DNA from: a virus | UHGV virus genome: UHGV-0201407 | Reading direction: 5' to 3' (one strand) | DNA: 38,952 nucleotides | Shown: one piece after another, positions 8,781 to 19,828 of the stretch | Layout: every line of letters starts with the position of its first letter | Numbering within the stretch: the stretch's first letter is position 1 | Position numbers and translations under genes: made by a program | The notes under the pieces: model-generated | Databases searched by the model: none | What the model was told of the DNA's origin: nothing | What the model saw: the letters and a program-made list of their open reading frames with translations, nothing else

Positions 8781-9419
8781 TTAAACCTCGTCATTATATG
8801 TTGCAAAACGACCCGCTCCAAGCGGCTCTCCGTTGTACGTCCCAAATCCTACCGTTATCGGGCTTTCAGTATAGCTTTCATAGCGTCCAAATCCGAAAAA
8901 CTTTTTATCGGACGTGATAATTTTTACTCTCGCCCCGATTCCTGCCGGACGCGGCAAAATATCGAATTTGTCGAATAAAGCTTTTTCGTTTTCCGTCAGC
9001 GTGAATCCGATAATAAAACGGATATAAGTCATATCCTGCGAATCGACGCCGAAAAACGAACCGCGCCCCGCAAACAAGCCGCGGAAAAACTCGTTCAGGC
9101 TTGCAAGCGTTCCGTCCCAAGAAAAAAGCTTGATCTGTATGACTTCCCGAAACTCGTCGTCCGTCAGCGTGTATTTGTTGCCGTCTTCATCTTCAAAAAC
9201 GCGGGAAATGTTCAGCAGTTTCCCCCAGTAGTTATCAAGAGCTTGCGCCGTGCAAGTCCTGATGTCGAAAAACTGCCCCATTAAATCGGTGATGATATCG
9301 CCGATCAGCGTGTCGTACACTTCCGCCCGCTTCATCATCAGGGCGGCGACGTTGGTATAACCGAACTGCCGTTCCAAAATGTTCAGCGATACTTGTTCAT
9401 ATCTGCCGAGTTCCGCCAT
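8781..9419 (-). CDS. baseplate wedge protein (DUF2612-like)
   Basis: FDIRT...LDNYWGKLLNISR, LTDDEFR, DILPRPAG. Confidence 0.8.
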   Translation of the reverse strand: MAELGRYEQVSLNILERQFGYTNVAALMMKRAEVYDTLIGDIITDLMGQFFDIRTCTAQALDNYWGKLLNISRVFEDEDGNKYTLTDDEFREVIQIKLFSWDGTLASLNEFFRGLFAGRGSFFGVDSQDMTYIRFIIGFTLTENEKALFDKFDILPRPAGIGARVKIITSDKKFFGFGRYESYTESPITVGFGTYNGEPLGAGRFATYNDEV

Positions 9420-10594
9420 TAAATCACCTCAAAAGAAATGTTTTCAGCCGAAACCGTCGGGATTTGATTCGCGTCAACATTGACGTAAATCGACCATTCG
9501 CCCGCCGAGTCGCTCCGAACCGAAACAGAGTAAATTTCGGCATAAAGAAAATCTTTCAACGCCTGATTGATCGTAAATGTTGAAATGTTTTCCGCAATCT
9601 GCAAGGTGTTCAAATTGAAGTAGGAAACGATTTTTTCCTTAATCAAATCCTGCACGTTCGACGGCGTCGTGTCCGTCGGGTGATACGATACTTTGATGAA
9701 AATCGGCAACTCCGCCGGACGTTCGATCTGGTAGTTGTTGTTATATTTCGACAAAATATCGTAATAGGTGATTAAGGTGTTGCCCGTCATAGGACACCCA
9801 AGCGTTTTTGTTTTCGTCAGCGTTTCGGCGATAGCGTCGCCCGTACCGCCCAAAGCGGCGACGTAAATGGAATACGGCGGCATGACAACGCCGCGAATCA
9901 CGTTTTCAACATTGACGGGGTTTTCCTGCACGAAAGACGAAACAACACCAGCCGTCTGCCCGACGTTCGCCGCAATCGCGCCCAAAAGCGTTCTTGACCG
10001 CATTTGCAACAGAGTCCCTAAAATCCTCTGCCTGAAAACGTTGTCGGATTCCGTATCGACGCCGACAATCCCGTTCGTCAGATTGGTGACGCTTTCCCAG
10101 CCAATCACGTTTGAAACGATTTTGTTTAAGTTTCCCGCCAGACAGGGAATCGCCCCGCCGACCGTACATTGAAATTCAGCCGTCGCTTTTCCGTTATCGC
10201 CGAGTACGACAACGTTTGTAAGCGCGAAAGTGTTTTCTCCGTCTGACGCCAGCGCGCCGATAGGGACAATCGCGCCAGCCGTTCCCGTAAGAACCGCCGT
10301 AACGACGGTTTGAGTCTTTTTCTTGCGGTAGTACCCGAACCGCGCGCCGACGCTGTCCAAAGCGTTTCCCGTCGCCGTGAAAATGTTGTTTGCGTTCAGC
10401 AAAAGTGCGATATCGTTCATAAACGTGACGACCGTTTCCGTGTCGTTCAAAATCAGCTGTTTCTGCACGCCGTCATGGACATTCAGCGTCGCACCTAACG
10501 CCGCCTTATAAGCTTCCTCAAACTTTTCTTTAACGGTTGACGTATCGACCGTGAAAACGCCGTCGGCATTGACTTCAAAGAAAGGATTAGACAT
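9419..10594 (-). CDS. baseplate J/gp47 family protein
   Basis: ATGNALD, GWESVTN..G.D.ESD..FRQR motifs. Confidence 0.9.
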   Translation of the reverse strand: MSNPFFEVNADGVFTVDTSTVKEKFEEAYKAALGATLNVHDGVQKQLILNDTETVVTFMNDIALLLNANNIFTATGNALDSVGARFGYYRKKKTQTVVTAVLTGTAGAIVPIGALASDGENTFALTNVVVLGDNGKATAEFQCTVGGAIPCLAGNLNKIVSNVIGWESVTNLTNGIVGVDTESDNVFRQRILGTLLQMRSRTLLGAIAANVGQTAGVVSSFVQENPVNVENVIRGVVMPPYSIYVAALGGTGDAIAETLTKTKTLGCPMTGNTLITYYDILSKYNNNYQIERPAELPIFIKVSYHPTDTTPSNVQDLIKEKIVSYFNLNTLQIAENISTFTINQALKDFLYAEIYSVSVRSDSAGEWSIYVNVDANQIPTVSAENISFEVI

Positions 10595-10922
10595 TTGTCA
10601 CCCCGTAAATTGTTTTGATTTCCGCATTGACCGAAAAAGACTTATCGCCCCTGACGATTTCGATATTCGCAACCTCGGTTATATCGTCGGATTTCCCGAT
10701 TTGTTTTGAATAAACGTTTTTTATGTATTCTTCACCGCCGAATTTGCCCAAAAGATCGCCGTCGTAATTTATCCCGTCCGTCAAATCATACGGATTTTCC
10801 CCTTGATTGAACAGGACGCGGGACTGCACGTCCTGCACGCAAGCGTCGAGTCCGTCCAGCAATTCGATATTGCCGTTTTTATCCAGTTCAATGCCTTTCT
10901 CGTTCGTCTTGATCGTTATCAT
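10587..10922 (-). CDS. baseplate protein (gp25/gp46-like)
   Basis: LDKNGNI, QGE.PYD..GINY, KTIYG C-terminus; synteny. Confidence 0.75.
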   Translation of the reverse strand: MITIKTNEKGIELDKNGNIELLDGLDACVQDVQSRVLFNQGENPYDLTDGINYDGDLLGKFGGEEYIKNVYSKQIGKSDDITEVANIEIVRGDKSFSVNAEIKTIYGVTNV

Positions 10923-11710
10923 TGAGCTGTCACCTTTGAAGATCCCGCCGTTATCGTTCCCGTCCATTCGCCCGCAGAAGAACCACTGGCGACCGTCACG
11001 GATACGGCGTCGCCCACTCTTGCAACCGCCGCGCCGCCAGCCCCTCCCAAACTGACGGCATCAGCTGTAACCGTCGCGGATTTCGCCGATACGTCCACCG
11101 CTTCCGTTGCCGTTATTGTAGCAGATTTTGCGGAAACCGCAACCGCTTCCGTTGTCGTTACCGTTGCCGACTTCGCCGATACCGACAAAGCCCCAGTTGT
11201 CGAAACCGTGATTCCCGCGTCGTCTAAAACAATAGAAGACGTCGCCGCTTCCGACGTCGTTCCCGTCCGTGAAAGAGTGAGCTTCGTTCTTTTCGTCGGG
11301 AAAAAGTCGATCGGCAGGAAAAAGCCGTTTGACGGGCTGAATTGACGCAAGCCGCCGACCGCTTCCGTATGCAAAGCGGCGTATTTCGTCACGTCGCTTT
11401 TACAGGCGATCAATAATCCGAAATCACCCGCCGCCGCTTCAAAGGATAATTCCGTACCGCCGCCCAGAAAATACAACGGGCGGACGTTGCAGATATCGTT
11501 GTCCGAACCGATTGAAAGCGTTTCCCCGCTTGTCGTTTCCTGTTTGACAACAGGACGGACTGTAAGATATCCGTCCGCTCCGACTTCAATCACTTTGACC
11601 GGATCGGCGGTAAAAACAAAATCGGATAAGTACGTTTTGACAATCTGCCGGAACGCCGTGAAAACGTCGCTTGAACAAGCCGGATTTGTGTTTGGTGTGT
11701 TGCTTTTCAT
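10919..11710 (-). CDS. baseplate spike (Gp138/gpV-like)
   Basis: OB-fold-like N-term, 3x VSAKSAT[VI]T beta repeats, ARVGD..G.ITAGS C-term. Confidence 0.8.
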   Translation of the reverse strand: MKSNTPNTNPACSSDVFTAFRQIVKTYLSDFVFTADPVKVIEVGADGYLTVRPVVKQETTSGETLSIGSDNDICNVRPLYFLGGGTELSFEAAAGDFGLLIACKSDVTKYAALHTEAVGGLRQFSPSNGFFLPIDFFPTKRTKLTLSRTGTTSEAATSSIVLDDAGITVSTTGALSVSAKSATVTTTEAVAVSAKSATITATEAVDVSAKSATVTADAVSLGGAGGAAVARVGDAVSVTVASGSSAGEWTGTITAGSSKVTAQ

Positions 11711-12594
11711 TGCCGATAAAGCCCCTCTTTGACAAGCCACAATTCGTTTTTCCAATCGTTGCCGCGCGTATCAAAAGACGTCCCGATCGTTTGAACGATA
11801 AAAACTTCGCCGGACAACTGCGGGAATTTCACCGAAACAAGCCGGACTTTTTGTCCCGTCCTGATCGACGGGTCAAGCCGGACTCTCACCCGCGCGCCCT
11901 CGTTCGTCGGGATAGGCGATCCGATCATATTCGACGAGTCGATCTTGTATGTTCTCGCCAACGCCATGGCTTCGCCGCTCTTTTTTGCGACGACCATATC
12001 GTTTTCGACAAAGCAATCAATCCCCGCGATTTCTGCCAAATACCGCAAGTGATTTGTGATCGGCTGATTTTGCAGTGAATAATTCGCAACCGTCATCAGT
12101 TTGACAGACGAACTGACGCGCGGCAGATACCCAAGTTTCGCCGCTATGCGGGCAACAATGACGGAAACAGGCGTTATCCCGCTGAAACTCAAAGAAACGA
12201 CGCTGTTTAAAGTTTCGGCAAAGCTCCCCATGCACTTCAATTTCACGGAATAATTCTCATTGTCCAGCGACGGCAGGGCTTCGGTGATCGTTCCGTTGAA
12301 CATAATACCGTGATTGTTTTCGTATCCGATATCAAGCACTATTTCGTTGCGTATCTGATTGACAACCCAAGTGGAAAAGCTGGTCGAAAGAAACGCCATT
12401 TTGTCGAGCTTCAGACCGTAAAGCGTGAAGTTCGCTTCCGCCGCCGCGCCCGAAACCGTCGCCGATATGTCGCCCGTGATTTTGAAATAATCGTCCAGAT
12501 TCGACAATACCCGCTTGTTTGTCGTGACGACGCGCCCGTCGTACAGCGTCAGGCGTAAATACCGTTTCGGAATCGTCCAATCAATTCCCCGCAT
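11707..12594 (-). CDS. baseplate hub protein
   Basis: GY....IMFNGTI, MIGSP, FDTRGNDW; synteny. Confidence 0.8.
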   Translation of the reverse strand: MRGIDWTIPKRYLRLTLYDGRVVTTNKRVLSNLDDYFKITGDISATVSGAAAEANFTLYGLKLDKMAFLSTSFSTWVVNQIRNEIVLDIGYENNHGIMFNGTITEALPSLDNENYSVKLKCMGSFAETLNSVVSLSFSGITPVSVIVARIAAKLGYLPRVSSSVKLMTVANYSLQNQPITNHLRYLAEIAGIDCFVENDMVVAKKSGEAMALARTYKIDSSNMIGSPIPTNEGARVRVRLDPSIRTGQKVRLVSVKFPQLSGEVFIVQTIGTSFDTRGNDWKNELWLVKEGLYRQ

Positions 12595-12922
12595 CGCCTG
12601 AACTCTCGAAAACATAGGCGTCGTCGTACACCAAGATAAAGCGGTCGTTGAACTCCGAATATCGCGGATCGTCGTTACCCGTTTTATCCATAAAATACAA
12701 GTTGCCCTTGCCGGATTTCCACGGAGTTTCCCACAATAGCGGGGACAAGTTCACACACGACCGACCGCCGATCTTGTTTTCTCTCTCCCCGTCGTTCGTA
12801 GTGATGTCGCAAATCATCGATCCGTCGCGTAACGTCCGCCAGCTGAAATCAACGGCGATTTCGTCAAGATCGAAAGAAACCGATCCGTTTGGTGTAACGG
12901 GTAAAACAATCTGGTATTTCAT
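12581..12922 (-). CDS. baseplate plug protein
   Basis: GNLYFMD..G.DDPRY..F.DRFILVY; synteny. Confidence 0.7.
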   Translation of the reverse strand: MKYQIVLPVTPNGSVSFDLDEIAVDFSWRTLRDGSMICDITTNDGERENKIGGRSCVNLSPLLWETPWKSGKGNLYFMDKTGNDDPRYSEFNDRFILVYDDAYVFESSGDAGN

Positions 12923-13485
12923 CAGCCGATTCCTATTTTAGAGCAAATCCCGCCGAAAATCGTTTTTGCGTCGGCTATGTGTTTCAAAATCTCGTTGTCC
13001 GCCGTCGGTACAAGATTTTGTTGAAAGTCCATAATCACTTCAAAATAGCCGAAATTTTCCAAAGATTCGGGTATTTCGTAACCGATCAGGGAATAGTTTT
13101 CATACAAGCCGCTTTTTGTCTGAATATCCAAGCGGCAGATAACATCTATGTATTGTTCAAGTTGCGCCTTTGTCCGGTCGATAAGCGATTTCCCGCCGCC
13201 TAAATATGACAACAAAGCCCGCGCCGCTTGTCCCGCCAAGGACGGGCGTTGAATAATTCCTCTGACGGATATGACGTTCGGATCCCGAAACTTCCCGTCC
13301 GTCCTGTATTCGTTCGATTCCGTCGGATAGGTCGTCATCGTTGACGACGCTTTAAGATTCACTTCTTGGATCGAATCGAAAGCAAGAACAACCTTTTTTT
13401 TGCCCAAAGAGTCAACGTGCATAACGGCGTAAGGATTCGCCCCCATGATCAATTCTTTGAACGAGTCAAGATACGTTGTCGCCAT
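12922..13485 (-). CDS. Dit-like baseplate/tail-tube initiator protein
   Basis: TTYPTE..Y..D.K..P..I; follows the tape measure. Confidence 0.7.
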   Translation of the reverse strand: MATTYLDSFKELIMGANPYAVMHVDSLGKKKVVLAFDSIQEVNLKASSTMTTYPTESNEYRTDGKFRDPNVISVRGIIQRPSLAGQAARALLSYLGGGKSLIDRTKAQLEQYIDVICRLDIQTKSGLYENYSLIGYEIPESLENFGYFEVIMDFQQNLVPTADNEILKHIADAKTIFGGICSKIGIG

Positions 13486-14888
13486 TATCTAACCCCCGTC
13501 GCGCCTTGTTTGACAATCGAAACCAGCTTGTCTTGCATTTCGTCGGACGTTCCGTTGAAATTGAAAGTCTGATTGACCGTTGAAGATTTGTTATTGTTCG
13601 TCGTTGCCGTGGACGCCGAGTTGTTCACCGTCGAATTGACGATTTGCGCGTTTTGAGCGGCGGACACTTCGCCCGAACTCCGCAACTGACCTTTAAACGC
13701 TTCCCTGTTTTTCCTGATTGTCCGCGCCTGTTCAACGGATATTCCCTGCTGGTCGGCGTATTCCTCATCGGTCATTTCTTCGATCGGCTTTTTCACGCCG
13801 CCCGATATTTTCGCCGTAACCCAGCCGATAGCTTCGCCAAGCTTATTGATCGGCGTCAACACCAGATTGATATCGTCGATCAATCCGCGGCAAAATTCCG
13901 AAAAAGGCGTACCCGTTGCCAGAAAACGATCCATCGCCGCTTTGATATCGTCAAAATAGACGATTCCCAAAGCGATAGCCGCGATTGTCGCCGTAATCGG
14001 GTTTGCGGCAATCAGTGCAAAAACAAGCTTCAACGGCGCAATCAGTCCGACAATGCCCGATTTCAAGAAAACGAAAACGTCAACGGCGGGTTTGAACAAA
14101 AGCAAAGCCCCGCTGATTCCGACAAACAGTTTTTTTGTCGTTTCGCTCTGATTATTAAACCAAGACAGAAACACCGCCGCCTGTTGAAGCGGCTTCAAGA
14201 CGAAATCCAGAATGACCGTTCCGACGCCGTACCACTGTTGTTTCATTGTCGCCAAAATGCGGGAAAGTTGAGTCACCTTGTCCGCCGTTCCCTGATTGAC
14301 GACGTTCATCTGCTCCGCTTGTTTTCGGATTTTCCCGTATTCCTCATCGGACGCGCGCAACATCTGCAAAGTGGCGGGAGAGGAAAGCCCCAATTCCTGC
14401 GCCACTTTCAACTGCGCCGATTGTGACAATCCTTTGAATTTTCCCCGCAAATCGTCGATTACCTGCATCGACGTTTTTATCGATCCGTCGGCGTTCGTGA
14501 GCGATAAACCGACTTGCGCCGATACTGACCGCAACGCGCCGCCGCCTGTCGTCTTAAAATCAGTGATCGCCTGCTGTAATTGCTTTAAATCGTTTATGCT
14601 TTCGTCGGTATTTCCGCCAAACATTGAAAGAACGTTGGAAAAGCGGGAAACTTCCTCTACCGGCAGGGAAAAAGTGCTTGAAAAATCCGCCAGCTTTTTT
14701 GTCTGGGTATAAATATCGGCAAGGGCTTTTACACCCCCGCCGATAGCGGCAATCCCGCCGAATTTACCGATAAATGTCTGGCTGATATCGGTCGCGGTTT
14801 GCTTGATCGTGCCTTTAAAATCGGCAATCTGCTTTTTCGCAGATTCCGCATTGACAAAGAAACTAATGACCGCGCGACTGAACGCCAT
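13485..14888 (-). CDS. tape measure protein
   Basis: 467-aa Ala/Gly-rich helical protein after the tail chaperones. Confidence 0.8.
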   Translation of the reverse strand: MAFSRAVISFFVNAESAKKQIADFKGTIKQTATDISQTFIGKFGGIAAIGGGVKALADIYTQTKKLADFSSTFSLPVEEVSRFSNVLSMFGGNTDESINDLKQLQQAITDFKTTGGGALRSVSAQVGLSLTNADGSIKTSMQVIDDLRGKFKGLSQSAQLKVAQELGLSSPATLQMLRASDEEYGKIRKQAEQMNVVNQGTADKVTQLSRILATMKQQWYGVGTVILDFVLKPLQQAAVFLSWFNNQSETTKKLFVGISGALLLFKPAVDVFVFLKSGIVGLIAPLKLVFALIAANPITATIAAIALGIVYFDDIKAAMDRFLATGTPFSEFCRGLIDDINLVLTPINKLGEAIGWVTAKISGGVKKPIEEMTDEEYADQQGISVEQARTIRKNREAFKGQLRSSGEVSAAQNAQIVNSTVNNSASTATTNNNKSSTVNQTFNFNGTSDEMQDKLVSIVKQGATGVR

Positions 14889-15111
14889 TTGAAAGACTCC
14901 TGTTATAGGACGCTATTTCGTTTTGCGTCCGAACGTATTTTACCACATACGAAAGCCAAAAATCAAACAGGTCAAGCGTCGCCAGCTCCCGCGCCGACAC
15001 CTCCGGATTTATCAGGCTTCCGATTTCGTTTCTGACGCCGAATTGAGAGTAGCTGACAAGTCTTTTGCTTTCTTGGTCAATTTCCGGAAGACTTCGTATC
15101 CCTCTAAAAAA
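14863..15111 (-). CDS. tail assembly chaperone C-terminal extension (-1 frameshift product, gpGT-like)
   Basis: Slippery T TTT TTA at 15111-15105; -1 frame open to TAG at 14865-14863, encoding ...GSLINPEVSARELATLDLFDFWLSYVVKYVRTQNE... Confidence 0.7.
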   Translation of the reverse strand, partial: FFRGIRSLPEIDQESKRLVSYSQFGVRNEIGSLINPEVSARELATLDLFDFWLSYVVKYVRTQNEIASYNRSLSNGVQSRGH

Positions 15112-15422
15112 CCTTGCTGAAATTCCAGTACCTCCGTCGCCAGCTGCAACAAAGCAATCGGATTTTCAAACTCGTTCAAAGCGTCTTCAATCGTGTAATC
15201 CGTAATCGTTACCTTTTTCCCCTCGGCGTCCATAGGCGCGGCAAGCGGAATCAATTCGGGCAAGAAATCCTTGATCGACACCTTGCGCCCCTGCATAACG
15301 TCCTGCGCCGCTCCCGCGATTTTGTCGATCATATCCAGCCCCTCGACGACTCCCATCGCGCGGATTTTGAAGTACCGGACGTTTTCCAAATCCTGAATTT
15401 TCACGATTTTTGTTTTTTGCAT
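15012..15422 (-). CDS. tail assembly chaperone (gpG-like)
   Basis: Between tube and TMP; GGAG RBS; contains slippery site. Confidence 0.8.
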   Translation of the reverse strand: MQKTKIVKIQDLENVRYFKIRAMGVVEGLDMIDKIAGAAQDVMQGRKVSIKDFLPELIPLAAPMDAEGKKVTITDYTIEDALNEFENPIALLQLATEVLEFQQGFLEGYEVFRKLTKKAKDLSATLNSASETKSEA

Positions 15423-15522
15423 TTTTGCGCTCCATAAAAAAACGCGCTCTTAATTTGCGGGGAAAGAAGAGAGCGCGTTACTTCCTTGTCGGTCGGCTAA
15501 TAACCTATCCCCGCAAACCTCG

Positions 15523-15990
15523 TTACAACGGCAGAATGACCGGAACGCCCGCGAATTTGAAGGCGTACTTTTTCGACTGCTGACCGTCGTCAAGCGTTGC
15601 GGAATTTCCGCCCGCCGCAGTCGTCACTTTGCCGCCCGAATAAATCGTTTTCGTTCCGAGCATACGGTTGACTTCCATATAAGTCAATTCGTAATCCGTC
15701 GGCTGGACACCGAACGAAACAGACGAAAGAGCGATAATCCGATCCAAATATTTTCTGGTCGAACTGTTCGGCTTAAACGTCATCGTCGCCGTTCTGACAA
15801 CCGGCTTCGTGTTGGTCGTGCTTAAACCGTCCGCGCCTACGTCGATCGTTGCGACTTCAACGTCGTCCCAAACGATACCCGCTTTATCCAGACCCTCGCA
15901 TCGGAACGACGGAAAAATCGGGGCGGCGGTAAAAACGCCCGTGATTGTCGAAAAGCCGTTTTCCTGACCTTGTACATTTTCGAAAGCCAT
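15523..15990 (-). CDS. tail tube protein
   Basis: Follows sheath; VGADG motif, size ~155 aa. Confidence 0.8.
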   Translation of the reverse strand: MAFENVQGQENGFSTITGVFTAAPIFPSFRCEGLDKAGIVWDDVEVATIDVGADGLSTTNTKPVVRTATMTFKPNSSTRKYLDRIIALSSVSFGVQPTDYELTYMEVNRMLGTKTIYSGGKVTTAAGGNSATLDDGQQSKKYAFKFAGVPVILPL

Positions 15991-16005
15991 TTTTTTCACT
16001 CCTTG

Positions 16006-17562
<1,557 letters not shown>

Positions 17563-17575
17563 TTAAACTCCGTTG

Positions 17576-18067
17576 TTATTTCGCAATATCAACCGCCGCC
17601 GTCGCAACCTGTTCAAGCGCGGGTTGATTCTCATCTGTCCATTCGTCCATAATGTAAAAGGACATTCGGAAAGAATACCGTTCAAGATAGCGTTTATTAT
17701 CCAGCAAATCGCTTAAATTTTCAATATCCGTAACCGTTTTGAGATTAAAAAGCGTGTCCGGCGTATCGTAGAAAAAATCTTTCAACCGCTGTTTCAGCAT
17801 CAAAGCCGTGTCCAGCGCGTCAGCCCCGAAACAATCAAACTGAACCGTATAAATCCGCTCTTGCGAATAAGTGACCGAAACCGTCCCCGCTTCGGCGTCG
17901 TATGCCGTTGTCCGGTGTTGCGACGCCGCGACATCTTCAACGGGCAAAATGTTCAGAGATACAAAATCGCCTTTCGGTAACGGAACGTCCGACAGGTACG
18001 GATCGACAAACTGGATCCCTGCGGGCGAGTGCTTTTGGATATAATCGAAAATATCAGACCGTTTCAT
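17576..18067 (-). CDS. neck/tail terminator protein
   Basis: VQFDCFG..A, RY.ER motifs; synteny. Confidence 0.7.
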   Translation of the reverse strand: MKRSDIFDYIQKHSPAGIQFVDPYLSDVPLPKGDFVSLNILPVEDVAASQHRTTAYDAEAGTVSVTYSQERIYTVQFDCFGADALDTALMLKQRLKDFFYDTPDTLFNLKTVTDIENLSDLLDNKRYLERYSFRMSFYIMDEWTDENQPALEQVATAAVDIAK

Positions 18068-18455
18068 CTTTCGCCCCCGCTTCGATCAAATAGGCGTATC
18101 CCTGCCGCCAGCCGTTTTGAATCCAGTCGGACTTTGCGACAAGCTGATATTTGTCGCCGTTTTCCGTCGTGAAAACGTCCGCGCCCAACTGCCGCAATCG
18201 GTCGATCTGCGTAACGTCGGCGGAAATGAAGACCGTGAAATACTGATAGGCGTTCACGTCAAAGCCAAGCTTTGCGACGGTCTGCAAATCGGCGGGCTGG
18301 ATTTTGCCTTTAAGCGATATTTCCGTTTCCGTCACCGTCGGCGTTCGGGCGTTCGTTGTCCATTCCGTCACCGTCTTTTTAAACGTCAAATCCTGCCAAG
18401 GATTTATAACCGCCAGAGCGTCCGCAACCGTGTTGTGTAAATTCAATCCCTGCAT
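18054..18455 (-). CDS. head closure/virion protein
   Basis: GLNLH..V..A...INP, QP....L, GAD; synteny. Confidence 0.7.
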   Translation of the reverse strand: MQGLNLHNTVADALAVINPWQDLTFKKTVTEWTTNARTPTVTETEISLKGKIQPADLQTVAKLGFDVNAYQYFTVFISADVTQIDRLRQLGADVFTTENGDKYQLVAKSDWIQNGWRQGYAYLIEAGAKDETV

Positions 18456-18916
18456 TATTTCACCTCGAAAGCGGGTTTCCGCAACCCGTTGCCCGTGTCA
18501 ACCAGAGTGTGAGAGCTTTTCTTTTTCGCAATCGTTGCGGGGGCGTTCGGCGGAGGGATATTCTCATTGATCGCCCTGACGATATCGTCGCGCATTTCCG
18601 CCCCGACTCGGCGTAAAACCTGATCCATTGTCCGCCCCTTGTCCAATTCCGACTCGGCAATTTTTTCCCACTTGTCCGAATTTTTAGCGGCGTTCGTCAT
18701 AAACGGACGCGGCGGGATTCTCCCGTCTGGCGTTCCGTATTCTTGGATCATCGCGTTTTTCGCAAATTCAAGACCTTTCGCCTTTCCCTTGTCGGGGTAG
18801 GATTTACCCTCGAAATATCCCGCCATCGCTTCGGTCGCGCCTGACAACTGCTTGTCAATTTGAGCAAGCATCTTGTCGATTTCGCCGAAGTCGATTGAAC
18901 AGGAAAAATTAGACAC
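18455..18916 (-). CDS. neck protein (HK97 gp10-like)
   Basis: EYGT...IPPRPFM, PPNAPATIAKK..LVDTG; GTG start. Confidence 0.8.
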   Translation of the reverse strand: MSNFSCSIDFGEIDKMLAQIDKQLSGATEAMAGYFEGKSYPDKGKAKGLEFAKNAMIQEYGTPDGRIPPRPFMTNAAKNSDKWEKIAESELDKGRTMDQVLRRVGAEMRDDIVRAINENIPPPNAPATIAKKKSSHTLVDTGNGLRKPAFEVK

Positions 18917-19337
18917 GCCAGCCCCCCGTCGTATAATACGGATACGGATCACTGCTCTTTTCGGGCAACGGCGGCTGGATCAGCTGTAAAATCTGCAACA
19001 GTTCCAAACCGTACTCCGTGCGGCTCAATGCCCAGTCCCTGATAGAATTGACGGGGACGGATTGAAAACCCGCCGATACGCTCCCCTCTGTCGCGCTTGT
19101 CAAGCGTCCGCCCGTCTTGTCGGGATTCTTCAACAAAAAGAGAACGTGAGCCGTCGCCAGATAAACGCCCTGCGTCTGTAAATCCTTTTCAAGCAGGATT
19201 TCGCCCACAACGTTGGAAATGTATGACTTCGCCCGCGGTTGAGCGTTGTCCAAGTCCCCCTGCGTCAGATTCAACACCGCCAGATCGGGAAACCGCTTAT
19301 TGAACTCGTCGATTATCGGGATAATGATTTCAGGCAT
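18909..19337 (-). CDS. head-tail adaptor (DUF4054)
   Basis: F..RFP, LATAH, GRLTSATEGSVS, TEYG. Confidence 0.85.
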   Translation of the reverse strand: MPEIIIPIIDEFNKRFPDLAVLNLTQGDLDNAQPRAKSYISNVVGEILLEKDLQTQGVYLATAHVLFLLKNPDKTGGRLTSATEGSVSAGFQSVPVNSIRDWALSRTEYGLELLQILQLIQPPLPEKSSDPYPYYTTGGWRV

Positions 19338-19770
19338 TTTTTTCAGCTTCCTTTACCGCTTCCGTCAGTTGCGCCCGTCCCCATTCGCGCGGCACTTTCA
19401 CGCCCAAGGACGCGGCGTATTTCTTCAATTTCGCCCATTTCATACCGTCAACGGACGCTTTCACTTCAACGCCTGCGACCGCCTTTTTCGCTTCGGTCGC
19501 CGTCAGCCGTTCGCAACCGTCCACACCCTCGGTATAAGCCAGCTCGCGCCCCGCCGCTTCCGCTTCTTTCGCCTTTTCGTTCCAAACAAAAAAGCCCGTC
19601 GGGTTTTTGTCCGAAAAAGTGTTTTTTCTGATAAAATCACCGTAATTCTTTAAAATATATTCCCATTCGTCATCGGGAATACAGGTTTGAACCAACCCGC
19701 CTTTGACAATATAGCTTCGTTTAAAGCCCTGAAATTCAATGTCTGAAACTTGTTTGTTAATGATAATCAT
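19330..19770 (-). CDS. hypothetical virion protein (possible C-terminal HeH/LEM-like domain)
   Basis: GGAG RBS; between capsid and adaptor. Confidence 0.7.
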   Translation of the reverse strand: MIIINKQVSDIEFQGFKRSYIVKGGLVQTCIPDDEWEYILKNYGDFIRKNTFSDKNPTGFFVWNEKAKEAEAAGRELAYTEGVDGCERLTATEAKKAVAGVEVKASVDGMKWAKLKKYAASLGVKVPREWGRAQLTEAVKEAEKNA

Positions 19771-19828
19771 TCTTTGCGCTCCGTTGTTTGTGCAAGGGCG
19801 GGTTTTTGCACCCGCCCCCGCTGTTTGA

